From positions 482,845 through 546,844 of the forward strand of contig CBDFMZ010000002.1 of the NCBI GenBank assembly GCA_965249865.1: DNA of 64,000 nt, read 5' to 3'. A model generated the notes under the pieces. It did not search any database. It worked only from the letters and a program-made list of their open reading frames with translations, and had not been told where the DNA came from. This DNA is from Acidobacteriota bacterium (GTDB taxonomy: Bacteria; Acidobacteriota; UBA6911; RPQK01; CBDFMZ01). The number at the start of each line of letters is the position of its first letter. The first letter of the stretch is position 1. This document shows, piece after piece, positions 20,161-30,025 of this stretch. Made by a program: the position numbers and the translations under genes.

Positions 20161-20940
20161 TCATTCTACCAAAACAGAGAGCAAGTGATACGTGGGAAAG
20201 GCGAAAAGAAGTGCATCCAGGCGATCCAGGAGGCCGCCGTGGCCGGGTATTAAATCCGAGCTGTCCTTGGTGTGGGCGCCCCGTTTCAGAATTGATTCAA
20301 ACAAATCACCGACCATGCCTGCCGTTGCCAGCATAGCCCCCGTCAAAAGAAGATAGCCGCTTGACCATGACGATAAGACATACAGGCCATAAATCTTAGC
20401 TGCCAGTATGCCGGAAAACAGGCCGGCGATGTAGCCTTCCAGAGATTTGTGAGGGCTGATACGAGTTATGATTTTGTGCTTTCCCCATTTCTTGCCCACG
20501 AAAAAGGCACCACTGTCACTGACCCAGACGATCACGAGAATTAACATAAGTTCGGGCACCCGTAATCTTTGATAAGTGGCCGCAATTGAGAGCGGGATTC
20601 CCAAATAGAGCAGAGCCATAAGGTTTCCCGATGCTGAGATCCCGGCCTTTATTTCAGGCACCCGAAAGACGGTCCAGCCCAGGAGAGCGAAGATGGCAAG
20701 CAATAGATAGACTAGTACCAGTTGGGGCCAGAAAACCCAGACCCAGGGAAGGAACAAAATTAAAGGAAAGGTAGGCCAATAGCGGATAACCCCGCCGTGG
20801 GCGAGGAGTTTCATCAGTTCAAACAGGCTGACCACTAGAATGATATCGACCAACAAGAGAAAAGGTACTGCAGGAAAATAGAAGATGGAGAGCACTATGA
20901 GCGGGAGAAGGAACACAGCTGTAAAGATGCGTCGGATCAT
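20161..20940 (-). CDS. cdsA: Phosphatidate cytidylyltransferase
   Basis: ISPHKSLEG, GDLFESILKR, KDSSDLIPGHGGLLDRLD; ATGA overlap with uppS. Confidence 0.92.
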   Translation of the reverse strand: MIRRIFTAVFLLPLIVLSIFYFPAVPFLLLVDIILVVSLFELMKLLAHGGVIRYWPTFPLILFLPWVWVFWPQLVLVYLLLAIFALLGWTVFRVPEIKAGISASGNLMALLYLGIPLSIAATYQRLRVPELMLILVIVWVSDSGAFFVGKKWGKHKIITRISPHKSLEGYIAGLFSGILAAKIYGLYVLSSWSSGYLLLTGAMLATAGMVGDLFESILKRGAHTKDSSDLIPGHGGLLDRLDALLFAFPTYHLLSVLVE

Positions 20941-21728
20941 GGGATCTTGTCGAAAGAAGCTGATCGGATTCCTCCGTATCGTCTTTCGCGATTTTGAAAA
21001 TCGAGGATTGCTTCCAGTAAATGGTTGCAGCGAAAGTCTGGCCAGAGTACATCGGTTACGTGAATCTCCGCATAAGCGATCTGCCACAGTAGAAAGTTAC
21101 TGATGCGGAATTCTCCGCTGGTGCGTATCAGTAAGTCGAGTTCAGGCAAGCCATGGGTATAGAGTCCACTCTCGATGTCCTCATCTCTAGCCGGGTAACG
21201 GATGCCTCTTTTGAGAAGCTCATTAAAGGCATCGACGAGCTCTAATCGACCACTGTAGTTCAGGGCGATGGCCAACTGCATGCCTTGGTTATGATGAGTT
21301 TCTCGCTCCACATGATGTAATTCCTCTTGTACTTGGGCAGGGAGTTCTTTGACACGTCCAATCGGTTTGAAGCAGATGTCATTTTCCTGGATAGTGTGGA
21401 GTTCCTTTCGCAAATATTCTTTCAATAAATCCATTAAGGTTTCAATTTCGCTAGCGGGTCGCTTCCAGTTTTCAACCGAGAAGGCATACAGAGTCAAGGC
21501 CCGGATTGTCAGACGAGCAGCGGTTTCAATGATGCTCTTGACCGAAGCGATTCCGGCGCGGTGTCCAGCTACCCGCGGGAGTCTGCGCTGTTTCGCCCAG
21601 CGACCATTTCCATCCATGATTACCGCGATGTGACGAGGCAGTTTGTGGGGGTCCAGTTGCAATATCAGTTGGGCCTCGACTCCCTGTGGATCCAAAACCT
21701 CTTCGAAATTCTTCAAAAGGCTACTCAT
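20937..21728 (-). CDS. uppS: Undecaprenyl diphosphate synthase
   Basis: HIAVIMDGNGRWA, FSVENWKR, IRTSGEFRISNFLLWQ. Confidence 0.95.
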   Translation of the reverse strand: MSSLLKNFEEVLDPQGVEAQLILQLDPHKLPRHIAVIMDGNGRWAKQRRLPRVAGHRAGIASVKSIIETAARLTIRALTLYAFSVENWKRPASEIETLMDLLKEYLRKELHTIQENDICFKPIGRVKELPAQVQEELHHVERETHHNQGMQLAIALNYSGRLELVDAFNELLKRGIRYPARDEDIESGLYTHGLPELDLLIRTSGEFRISNFLLWQIAYAEIHVTDVLWPDFRCNHLLEAILDFQNRERRYGGIRSASFDKIP

Positions 21729-22009
21729 AAATGGTCAAGCACTCTACCACTATTCTACCGAAAATCTAGTCTCGTCAGCAGTCTAAACAGTTGCCATCTT
21801 GGGAGCGGGCTCAGAAACGGTACTGAAAGACTCTACGTTAATCAAACAAATAGGTTCAAATGGGAAGATCGTGTGAATCCAAATAAGCAGTGACTACTGC
21901 GCAGAGTTTGACCTACAAACAGGGTTTGATCATCTCGTTCAGACCAAACAGCTCTTTTAGAAGAAGACCGGCGTAATTGGGTCTCTGTCCCGGCATTTGG
22001 TACTCCTTT

Positions 22010-22753
22010 TCAATAGAAAACTTTCATCAGATACAGGCCATGTGCCGATGCAGTAGGTCCCGCGTTGCGGCGATCTTGGGACTTGAAAATACTGACAATG
22101 TCCTCAGAGGGACGTTGGCCAAGGGCGACTTGCAAGAGAGTGCCCACAATATTTCGAACCATGTGGTGCAGAAAGCCGTCAGCTTCAATCTGGTAGAGGA
22201 TAAGATGTCCTCTCCTCCTCAGACGGGAAACGAATACGTGGCGATTGCGATTGCCGGTCTGTGTTCCGGCGGCGGCAAAACCGCTGAAATCACGCCGTCC
22301 GCACAACAAACTAGCCGCTTCCTTCATCGCTGTAGAATTCAGGGGCGCAGGAGTATGATGGACGTAGCCGTAAAGGAATGGAGATAGAATCAGCCCATTG
22401 TAGATTCGATATTCATAACGTTTTTTCAAGGCATGCTTTTGAGCGTGAAAGTTAGGCCGGGTCACCTTCAGTCGGATGACCCTAATGTCCCAGGGTAGTA
22501 AGCTGTTCAGCGCTCTGTGCAGCCGCCCCAGTGCAAATTCCTTTTGGATGCGAAAGTGTGCCACCTGGCCGAGGGCATGGACTCCCGCATCCGTTCTTCC
22601 TGCTCCGATGACGGTCACGTCTTCACCGCTCAGGATGCCCAGCGCCTCCTTTAGGCAGCCTTGAACCGTCTTGCGGTCTTTCTGAATTTGCCAACCGGCA
22701 TACCGGGTGCCGATGTATTGGAGGACAGCTTTATACTTAGTACTTGGCTTCAT
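22010..22753 (-). CDS. truA: tRNA pseudouridine(38-40) synthase
   Basis: YAGWQIQ, GAGRTDAGVHA, GFLHHMVRNIVG, AHGLYL. Confidence 0.95.
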   Translation of the reverse strand: MKPSTKYKAVLQYIGTRYAGWQIQKDRKTVQGCLKEALGILSGEDVTVIGAGRTDAGVHALGQVAHFRIQKEFALGRLHRALNSLLPWDIRVIRLKVTRPNFHAQKHALKKRYEYRIYNGLILSPFLYGYVHHTPAPLNSTAMKEAASLLCGRRDFSGFAAAGTQTGNRNRHVFVSRLRRRGHLILYQIEADGFLHHMVRNIVGTLLQVALGQRPSEDIVSIFKSQDRRNAGPTASAHGLYLMKVFY

Positions 22754-23085
22754 AAAATCCGCTCGCGTTTGTGGAAAGTACAAGGGTACTGGTTTCGCCA
22801 AGTGATGACACAGGCGATGCTACTGCACATCGTCAAAAAGGAGCGATGAAGCAAGTAGGGCCATCTCGCCGCTACAGGATCTGACAGGTGATCTCTTTGT
22901 CTTTTGTCGTCGCCCAATCCAACCGCATTGTCTTGTCGTTGCGCCTCAAACTTGGATCCGTTGCACTCACCATTAAGATTGCCGGAATTTCGAGGACAGG
23001 ACACTAACATCGACTCCCCCTCTGTTCAAAACCACACCTCTCCAGATCCTCAGCAAACGTTTGTGTATTGATGAAATCGAGCACT
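22739..23085. mobile_element. MITE-like family A, longest copy (~347 bp)
   Basis: Imperfect TIRs AGTACTTGGCTTCATAAAAT...TATTGATGAAATCGAGCACT; internal sequence aligns with the 46684 and 15682 copies. Confidence 0.8.
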
Positions 23086-23170
23086 TATCTCAAGGTTCAC
23101 CTTTTGGAAGAACACACTCTGGTTGGTCATCATGTTAGAATAGTCTGTATTTTAGCAGGAGACAAAAGAC

Positions 23171-23932
23171 ATGTCGGGACATTCAAAATGGCATTCGATC
23201 AAGCATAGGAAAGCAGCTGTCGACGCCAAGAAAGGGAAGATTTTCACCCGTCTCATCAAGGAGATCACTGTGGCAGCACGGATTAGCGGGGGGGATGTCG
23301 ACTCCAATTCTCGGCTGAGAACGGCCGTTCAGGGCGCTAAAGATGCGAACATGCCCTTGGACAACATCAAGCGTGCCATAATGAAAGGAACCGGCGAACT
23401 CCCCGGCCTGAATTACGAATCAATAACCTATGAGGGTTATGGTCCCGGAGGAGTAGCCGTTTTCGTCGAAACCGTCACAGACAATAGGAACCGTACTATC
23501 GCTGAGATCCGTCATATTTTTTTTAGAAATGGAGGGAATCTAGGTGACACAGGGAGTGTGCAGTGGATATTTGAACGGAAAGGTTATATCGCGGTGGGTC
23601 GAGAGGACGTCTCAGAAGAAAAACTTCTGGAATTGGTTCTTGAAGCAGGTGCTGACGATCTGCGTCCCGAGGGAGAGACCTTCGCCATTTATACGTCCTT
23701 CGAATATTTTGAGCTTGTCAAGAGATCCTTGCAATCGGCGGGAATCTCCATTCAGTCCAGCGAATTAACCATGGTTCCACAAACCGACGTGGGCCTAGAG
23801 GGAAAACAGGCCGAGCAAATATTGAAACTAATGGAGGCTCTGGAAGAGCATGAAGACGTTCAAGACGTCTATGCTAACTTTGACATCGACGAGACTGAAA
23901 TGGAGGTGATTGCCAGCGTGCAAAGGCTCTGA
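23171..23932 (+). CDS. yebC: YebC/PmpR family protein
   Basis: MSGHSKWHSIKHRK, YEGYGPGG, TDNRNRT, DVQDVYAN. Confidence 0.95.
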   Translation: MSGHSKWHSIKHRKAAVDAKKGKIFTRLIKEITVAARISGGDVDSNSRLRTAVQGAKDANMPLDNIKRAIMKGTGELPGLNYESITYEGYGPGGVAVFVETVTDNRNRTIAEIRHIFFRNGGNLGDTGSVQWIFERKGYIAVGREDVSEEKLLELVLEAGADDLRPEGETFAIYTSFEYFELVKRSLQSAGISIQSSELTMVPQTDVGLEGKQAEQILKLMEALEEHEDVQDVYANFDIDETEMEVIASVQRL

Positions 23933-24010
23933 TTGAGGCTGTGGCTCAGGACCGAGCACTTAGGTTCATTCCCGTGACACTCAGTCAGCCGCCAATAGTA
24001 TGATCCTGGC

Positions 24011-24529
24011 ATGATCATCGTAGGTATCGACCCGGGCAGCCTAGTTACCGGTTACGGGGTCATTTCCGTTGAAGGAAGCCGTTGTCGCTGCGTGCACTAC
24101 GGGGTGGTGCGGGCAAGATCCTCAAGATTCGACGACACTTTCCCTCATCGTCTTAAGAAAATTTACAGCCGGCTGGAACAATTGTTGCGTGAATATTCTC
24201 CTGAGGTTATTGCGGTTGAGGATGTATTCTACGCCCGCAACGCCCAAAGCGCACTCAGGCTTGGACACACTAGGGGCGTTGTTCTGCTGGCCGCCGCCCA
24301 GTCTGGTGTGCCGCTTGTTGAATACTCTCCCTTGGAGGTGAAAAAGGCAGTGGTCGGCTACGGAAGAGCCGACAAGCAGCAGGTCCAGCTGATGGTGCGT
24401 AGACTATTAAGCTTAAAGCAGCAACCTGAGCCACATGATGCAGCTGACGCGCTGGCCATTGCGCTGTGCCACGTTTTTAATGGATCGCCAGGCCGGCGTA
24501 ACCGCAGCCGCTGGAGTTCTCCGCGGTGA
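24011..24529 (+). CDS. ruvC: Holliday junction resolvase
   Basis: GIDPG, AVEDVF, VKKAVVGYGRADKQQV, DAADALAIA. Confidence 0.95.
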   Translation: MIIVGIDPGSLVTGYGVISVEGSRCRCVHYGVVRARSSRFDDTFPHRLKKIYSRLEQLLREYSPEVIAVEDVFYARNAQSALRLGHTRGVVLLAAAQSGVPLVEYSPLEVKKAVVGYGRADKQQVQLMVRRLLSLKQQPEPHDAADALAIALCHVFNGSPGRRNRSRWSSPR

Positions 24530-24539
24530 TTTCACCCAT

Positions 24540-25185
24540 GGCTATATTTGATCTGTTCGGCTCCCGTGGAGCTTGAGCAGACGAGTAGCTTCAATCACGG
24601 CGAGGGGTCACACGTAGCCGCATATGGAAATGTGCTGCGTGTGCACCAACGCACAAAGACCTTTACGGTCAAGAATGGGGATTTTCTAAATCGCCATTTC
24701 ATCTTTCCGGCTGGTCCACTCTGCCAATTCGAAGTGGTTCAGATCTGAACTGACCACCAGAAGCAGTGGTTTTTGTTCCTGAAGGATGACTTCGCCCAGC
24801 GTTTTGTCTAATTCCGCCAAACAGCCATAGCGATCCGTGCTGACAATGACTGGGAAAAACTGGAGATCGTTGTCCAGGAGGTACTGTGAAAATGGAAGCT
24901 GTACCTCCAGGGCGTGCTTCTCCCGATGGGCCAATAGATTTTCTTTTAGCAAATCACACTGATAGCGAAGCCGCTTAGCTAATCTGGAATCGATCTCGAC
25001 CAGCCCAAGTGGAGTTTCCCAACTTCCTTTCGACATGATGTATAAGTCGACCCTCAACCTCGTGTGATTGGGGCCCAGGGGAATAGAATGACGGGGGAGT
25101 TTGATGGCAGCGTAGGTGGCACCCGCCACTCGGCCCTAATACCGATAACCGAAGTGCAGAATAACAATCGTTTTCGCTTCACTTA
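24540..25185 (-). pseudogene. AmmeMemoRadiSam system protein B (MEMO1-like), degraded
   Basis: IVILHFGYRY*GRVAG, LGPNH, WETPLG, EVQLPF, VSSDLNH, AI* then ISICGYV*; multiple stops. Confidence 0.8.
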
Positions 25186-25229
25186 GTCGTCCTGTCAAGG
25201 GGCTTGACCGCGGGGATTCTCGACTACGG

Positions 25230-25394
25230 ATTACTCAGTTTAATAAATAGAGCCATGTTCGCTGAGGATCTGTCGAGTGATGTCTTTATCGTTCATCGTT
25301 GCCGATGCCACCCCTGCATCGTCTCCTTCTCTCTTGGCGACCTTACTTTTCCATATCCTCAGCAAATGTGACCGTATTTATTGAACTGAGTACT
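25230..25394. mobile_element. MITE-like family A copy (~165 bp)
   Basis: ATTACTCAGTTTAATAAATA..GCTGAGGAT ... ATCCTCAGCAAATGTGACCGTATTTATTGAACTGAGTACT; overlaps the grpE stop codon. Confidence 0.8.
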
Positions 25395-26025
25395 AAGTCT
25401 CGCTTCCTTTCGGTTGTCCTTTTGCCTGATATTGACCGACCCGGACCAGAGCTGGTCGTAGCAAATCCTCTCCGCGGTGATAACCGTTCTTCACGATCTC
25501 TACAACGTGTTGGTCCAAATCAGGGTTATTGACTGCTACCATCCCGACCGCTTCCGCTTCGTGTGGGTCAAAGGGCTTATGCAGTACGTTGATGGGCTCA
25601 ATTCCCCCGCCCTTCAGCTTTGCCATCAGTAGTTCCAGGTTGAGCCGAACTCCTTCCTTGAGACTTTCTGGAACAATTTCTCCCTGTCCCGGTTGAAGAC
25701 TGGAAGTTTTTTCTGTTGCCTGTAAAGCTCTTTCGAAGTTATCGACAATTTCTAAGAAGTCTTGCAAAAAATCGAGTTTCTTCCGTTCCAAACGTTTTTC
25801 GTTTTCTCGAGTCAAACGCTCTCGAAAAGCCTCGTTTTCCTCATCGAGCTTTTTCAGTTTTTCTCTCAGTTTTCGCTCGGCAAGGTCCGTTCGGGCCTTC
25901 AACTCCTCAACATAGGAGGGTAGCTTTTGTTCAGGAACTGTGGCCTGCTCCAGCAAAGAGCCATCCTTGGCCGAAAATCGCCGATCACTGATCTGAAATT
26001 GTGTTTCTTCCTTGGTTTCATTCAT
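25393..26025 (-). CDS. grpE: Nucleotide exchange factor GrpE
   Basis: VDNFERAL, FDPHEAEAV, GY...LLRPALVRV. Confidence 0.9.
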   Translation of the reverse strand: MNETKEETQFQISDRRFSAKDGSLLEQATVPEQKLPSYVEELKARTDLAERKLREKLKKLDEENEAFRERLTRENEKRLERKKLDFLQDFLEIVDNFERALQATEKTSSLQPGQGEIVPESLKEGVRLNLELLMAKLKGGGIEPINVLHKPFDPHEAEAVGMVAVNNPDLDQHVVEIVKNGYHRGEDLLRPALVRVGQYQAKGQPKGSET

Positions 26026-26141
26026 TCTCTTTTTTTTACCGTGACCTTTTACTGGGTTAGTTTTAGATCTGAATATTGTGAATCAGCCCCACAGGAAGCT
26101 GGAAACGACCGAGAATCCAAAGCCTGATCCCGGCAATTCTG

Positions 26142-26583
26142 CTAGCGAATCTCAGTCTGATTAGGCTTGTTTTCCTCGCGCTTCGGAACGCTAATTGACA
26201 GGATGCCTTCCTTGAAAGAATCGCCAATGTTCTCCGCATCGACATTCGCAGGCAGGATAAACGCGTGGCTAAAAAATCCGTACTGACCTTTCATGCGATT
26301 ATAATCTTTTTTTTGAACTTCTTCTCCTAACTTGCCTTTCCTACTGAGAGTCAGTACATCGCTTTAAACGCAAATTCCAATCTGTTTGCGGTCAATTTCA
26401 GGAACTTCCGCTTTGATGACCAGTTCATCAGAGCTCTCGTGGACATCTACGGCTGGCACCCAGGGAGCTGTCGAAATTTCTTTTTCACTGTCTCGGCCCC
26501 GCAGGCTCTCTTTTGACAGACGGTTCATAACAGTCCTAAAGCGCTACCTGATCACGAAACGGATCCCATCGAGTTATGGTGAT
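26142..26583 (-). pseudogene. Hsp20/alpha-crystallin small heat-shock protein, degraded
   Basis: AGGAGAG RBS, then ATC in place of ATG; ITRWDPFRD..*, WVPAVDVHE..ELVIKAEVP, YGFFSHAFILPANVDAENI..FKEGILSISVPK; 2 stops and 2 frameshifts. Confidence 0.9.
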
Positions 26584-26672
26584 TATTCTCTCCTATCACG
26601 ATAACGATTCTCGCAAAAATTTAAAGGATAAACTGCTAAGTTGAAAAGAGTTAAGTTACTTATTCAGCTCGC

Positions 26673-26707
26673 TGCTATAATAAGATTTAGAGTGTCAGGC
26701 TGTCAAG
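26673..26707. promoter_or_regulatory. Overlapping hsp20/clpB promoters with a HAIR-like operator
   Basis: Plus-strand extended -10 TGCTATAAT; minus-strand TTGACA-18-TATTAT; minus-strand CTTGACA-N7-ACTCTAA. Confidence 0.65.
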
Positions 26708-26801
26708 TTCCGACATTCGTTTAGCGGAGTGAAAACAGCAACCAACCTTGCCGCCAGCTCGCGTTCATCCTATAAAGAGGGACAGAGGACACAGTTGAGG
26801 T

Positions 26802-29465
26802 ATGGAGACTAATCGTTTGACAGAGAAAGTTCACAAAGCGCTTGGAGCTGCGCAGAAAAAAGCCTTGCGTTACAGTCATCAGAAAGTTGATGTGGAGCAT
26901 TTATTGGCAGCTCTTGTGGATCAGGAGCGTGGGCTGGCCACTTCAATTTTCAATAAGGCGGAGGTCTACGGGGAGGGGGTTGCTCAAAGTGTTGAACATG
27001 AACTGAATCGTCTGCCTAAAGTCTATGGAACTCTGGGGGTACTGGATCAAATCTACATTTCAAGCCGCCTCAACCTTGTCTTTACGCAGGCCGAGGATGA
27101 AGCGAAACAACTCCAAGACGCATACATTTCGGTTGAACATTTACCACTTGCCATGACCGATGACAAAGGCGCAGTGGGAGGTATCTTCAAAGAGTTTGGA
27201 GTGACTCGGGAAAGATTAATACGAGCCTTGCGGGAAGTGCGTGGCAGCCAACAGGTCACCTCCCAGACTCCGGAGGCCACCTATGAAGCCCTAGCACATT
27301 ACGGTCGGGATTTAACCCAACTGGCTGAGCGAGGAAAGCTGGATCCGGTCATTGGGCGAGATGATGAAATGCGGCGCATCATACAGGTTTTGTCCCGCCG
27401 CACCAAAAACAATCCTGTCCTGATTGGTGATCCAGGAGTCGGCAAGACCGCCATTGCCGAGGGTCTGGCCCAGCGCATTGTCCGAGGCGATGTGCCGGAA
27501 GGGTTGAAGAATAAACGCATTGTGGGTATGGACATGGGAGCGCTGGTTGCGGGGGCAAAGTACCGCGGGGAGTTTGAAGAGAGGCTGAAGGCCGTGCTCA
27601 GGGAGATCCAGGAATCGGCAGGTGATATCATTCTTTTCATAGACGAGCTACACACAGTGGTGGGGGCGGGGATGGTCGAAGGGGCCATGGATGCCGGCAA
27701 CCTCCTGAAGCCCATGCTGGCCAGAGGGGAGTTGCACTGTATCGGCGCCACCACGCTGGACGAATATCGAAAGCATATCGAAAAAGACGCCGCATTGGAG
27801 CGGCGTTTTCAACCCGTTCTAGTGCAGGAACCCTTAGTTGAAGACACTATTTCCATCTTGCGCGGTCTGAAGGAACGCTATGAAATCCACCATGGGGTAA
27901 GAATCAAAGATTCTGCCCTGGTAGAGGCAGCAGTTCTTTCCAATCGTTATATTTCTGACCGGTTCTTGCCGGATAAGGCGATTGATCTGGTCGATGAAGC
28001 GGCAGCCAAGCTGCGTACCGAGATCGACTCCTTGCCCTCCGAACTGGACGAAATCATGCGCCGTGTCATGCAGATCGAGATTGAACGTGAGGCGCTGAAG
28101 AAGGAGAAGGATGAGGCCTCCCGGCAACGGCTCGCTAAGCTTGAGAAAGAGCTGGCGAACACAAAGTCTGAGTCCGACGCCCTCAGGGCTCAATAGCAAG
28201 TAGAGAAAGAAGCGGTGCAGCGACTGCGCTCCGCCCGTAAAGCAATCGAGGGGACCAAGATGGAAATTGAACAAGCTGAACGACAATATGATCTGAATCG
28301 AGTGGCGGAACTGAAGTATGGAAAATTAGCCGAGCTGGAGAACAAGTTGCACACCGAAGAGGCGGCGCTCACTAAAAATCAGGATCAGACAGTACTTCTT
28401 AAAGAAGAAGTGGATGAAAAAGACATTGCCCAGGTGGTGAGTAGCTGGACCGGAGTACCTGTTTCAAAGCTGTTGCAAGAAGAGGTGCAGAAACTACTCA
28501 ACTTGAAAGAGAAATTGCACCAGCGTGTGGTGGGTCAGGACGAAGCGGTAGCGGCGGTATCGGAGGCGGTGGTTCGAGCGCGATCAGGCCTCAAAGACCC
28601 CAATCGTCCTGTGGGAAGTTTCATCTTTCTGGGTCCAACCGGTGTGGGGAAGACGGAGCTGGGAAGGGCACTCGCTGAATTTCTCTTTGATGATGAGCGT
28701 GCCATGATCCGCATTGACATGTCTGAGTATCAGGAAAGACATACCGTCTCAAGGTTGATTGGGGCTCCACCCGGGTATGTGGGTTATGAAGAAGGAGGAC
28801 AGCTCACGGAAGCAGTCCGGCGTCGCCCTTACTCCGTGATTCTTTTCGATGAGATTGAAAAGGCCCACTTCGACGTTTTCAACGTCTTACTTCAAATATT
28901 GGATGATGGACGGCTCACCGATGGACAGGGTCGAACAGTGGATTTCAAGAACAGCATCGTGATCATGACTTCAAACACGGGGAGTCACCGCATCCTCGAA
29001 TATCGTGGCACCTTTGAAGAGGAAAAATACCAGCGGATGAAACAGACCGTGCTAGAGGAGCTGCATCAACATTTTCGACCCGAGTTCCTGAATCGGATCG
29101 ATGAGATTATTGTTTTTCATGCCCTCTCCCAGGAACATCTGAGCGAAATTGTGGAAATTCAAATGCGAGGTTTGTTGGCTCGTCTGGTCGAACGCCAAAT
29201 CGAGATCGAGTTGACCAACCCCGCTCGGAAACATATCGTACGAGTCGGCTACGATCCGAACTATGGGGCCCGACCTCTTAAGAGGGCCATCCAAAAAGAA
29301 ATCCACAATCCCCTGGGTTGGCTAATTCTTCAGGGTCAGATTCAGGATGGTAGTCGCGTCATAGTCGATTACGATGCTTCTGCTGGCCAGTTGCACTTGA
29401 CCTCCAGCGAGGTCGAGTGCACGGGAGAAGCTGTTGTCGAAGAGGTTCCAGCCTGTGAGGCTTGA
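26802..29465 (+). pseudogene. clpB: Chaperone ClpB interrupted by an in-frame TAG (28194-28196)
   Basis: [22 protein letters not shown], middle domain, [16 protein letters not shown]; both ORFs are in the same frame; TAG sits where the AQWQ Trp is expected. Confidence 0.9.
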
Positions 29466-29482
29466 AACCTGAAAAGAAGAAG

Positions 29483-30025
29483 TCAAGAAGTTTTGGCCGA
29501 GAAAGTTCCGTCGTCTCCATGCTGACGCCTTTTGAGTTTGTTCTGGATCTCCGCACAGATCTCCTTAGGGGTTTTTTGTGCCGTCTCGACGTGGACGTTG
29601 GCCAAGCAGTAAAGCTTCTGCCGGAGTTGAAAAAAGGACTCGAATTGTCCAGGGTCCCGGGCCAGGGGCCGTTCAGTCATTTCTTTACAGCGCTCTCTTG
29701 CTATCTCGAATGGGATCTTTAACCATACCGTTACCCCGATCTTTTCCATGACTTCACGATTGGAATCACGCACAAACGCGCCTCCGCCCAAAGCTATGAC
29801 ACTCGGAGGTAATTTCTTGCCCTGAGTGAGTAGTCGAGATTCTAATTTTCGGAAAAAAGGCTCGCCTTTGGAGTCAAAAATCTCAACAATCTTCATTTTC
29901 TGCCCTTTTTCGATCAGATCATCCAGGTCGTAGAAAGGGCGATGTAGTTGGCGAGCCAGTAAAAGTCCTACTGTCGACTTCCCGCTTCCCATGAATCCCG
30001 CGAGATAAATGTGATTTGCCATCAA
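29483..30025 (-). CDS. aroK: Shikimate kinase
   Basis: GFMGSGKSTVG, DLD, GEPFFR, LGGG, RPL. Confidence 0.93.
   Translation of the reverse strand: MMANHIYLAGFMGSGKSTVGLLLARQLHRPFYDLDDLIEKGQKMKIVEIFDSKGEPFFRKLESRLLTQGKKLPPSVIALGGGAFVRDSNREVMEKIGVTVWLKIPFEIARERCKEMTERPLARDPGQFESFFQLRQKLYCLANVHVETAQKTPKEICAEIQNKLKRRQHGDDGTFSAKTS

Noticed and set aside
26600-26800. CIRCE (HrcA) element at the chaperone promoters
   Set aside because: I found no TTAGCACTC-N9-GAGTGCTAA here or before dnaK.
28194-28196. TAG recoding (pyrrolysine or alternative genetic code) to explain in-frame TAGs in clpB, Memo and hsp20
   Set aside because: Many intact genes end in TAG (trxB, nuoA, nuoN, grpE). The TAGs replace different expected residues, and hsp20 also has frameshifts and a TAA. 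No pyl genes are visible.
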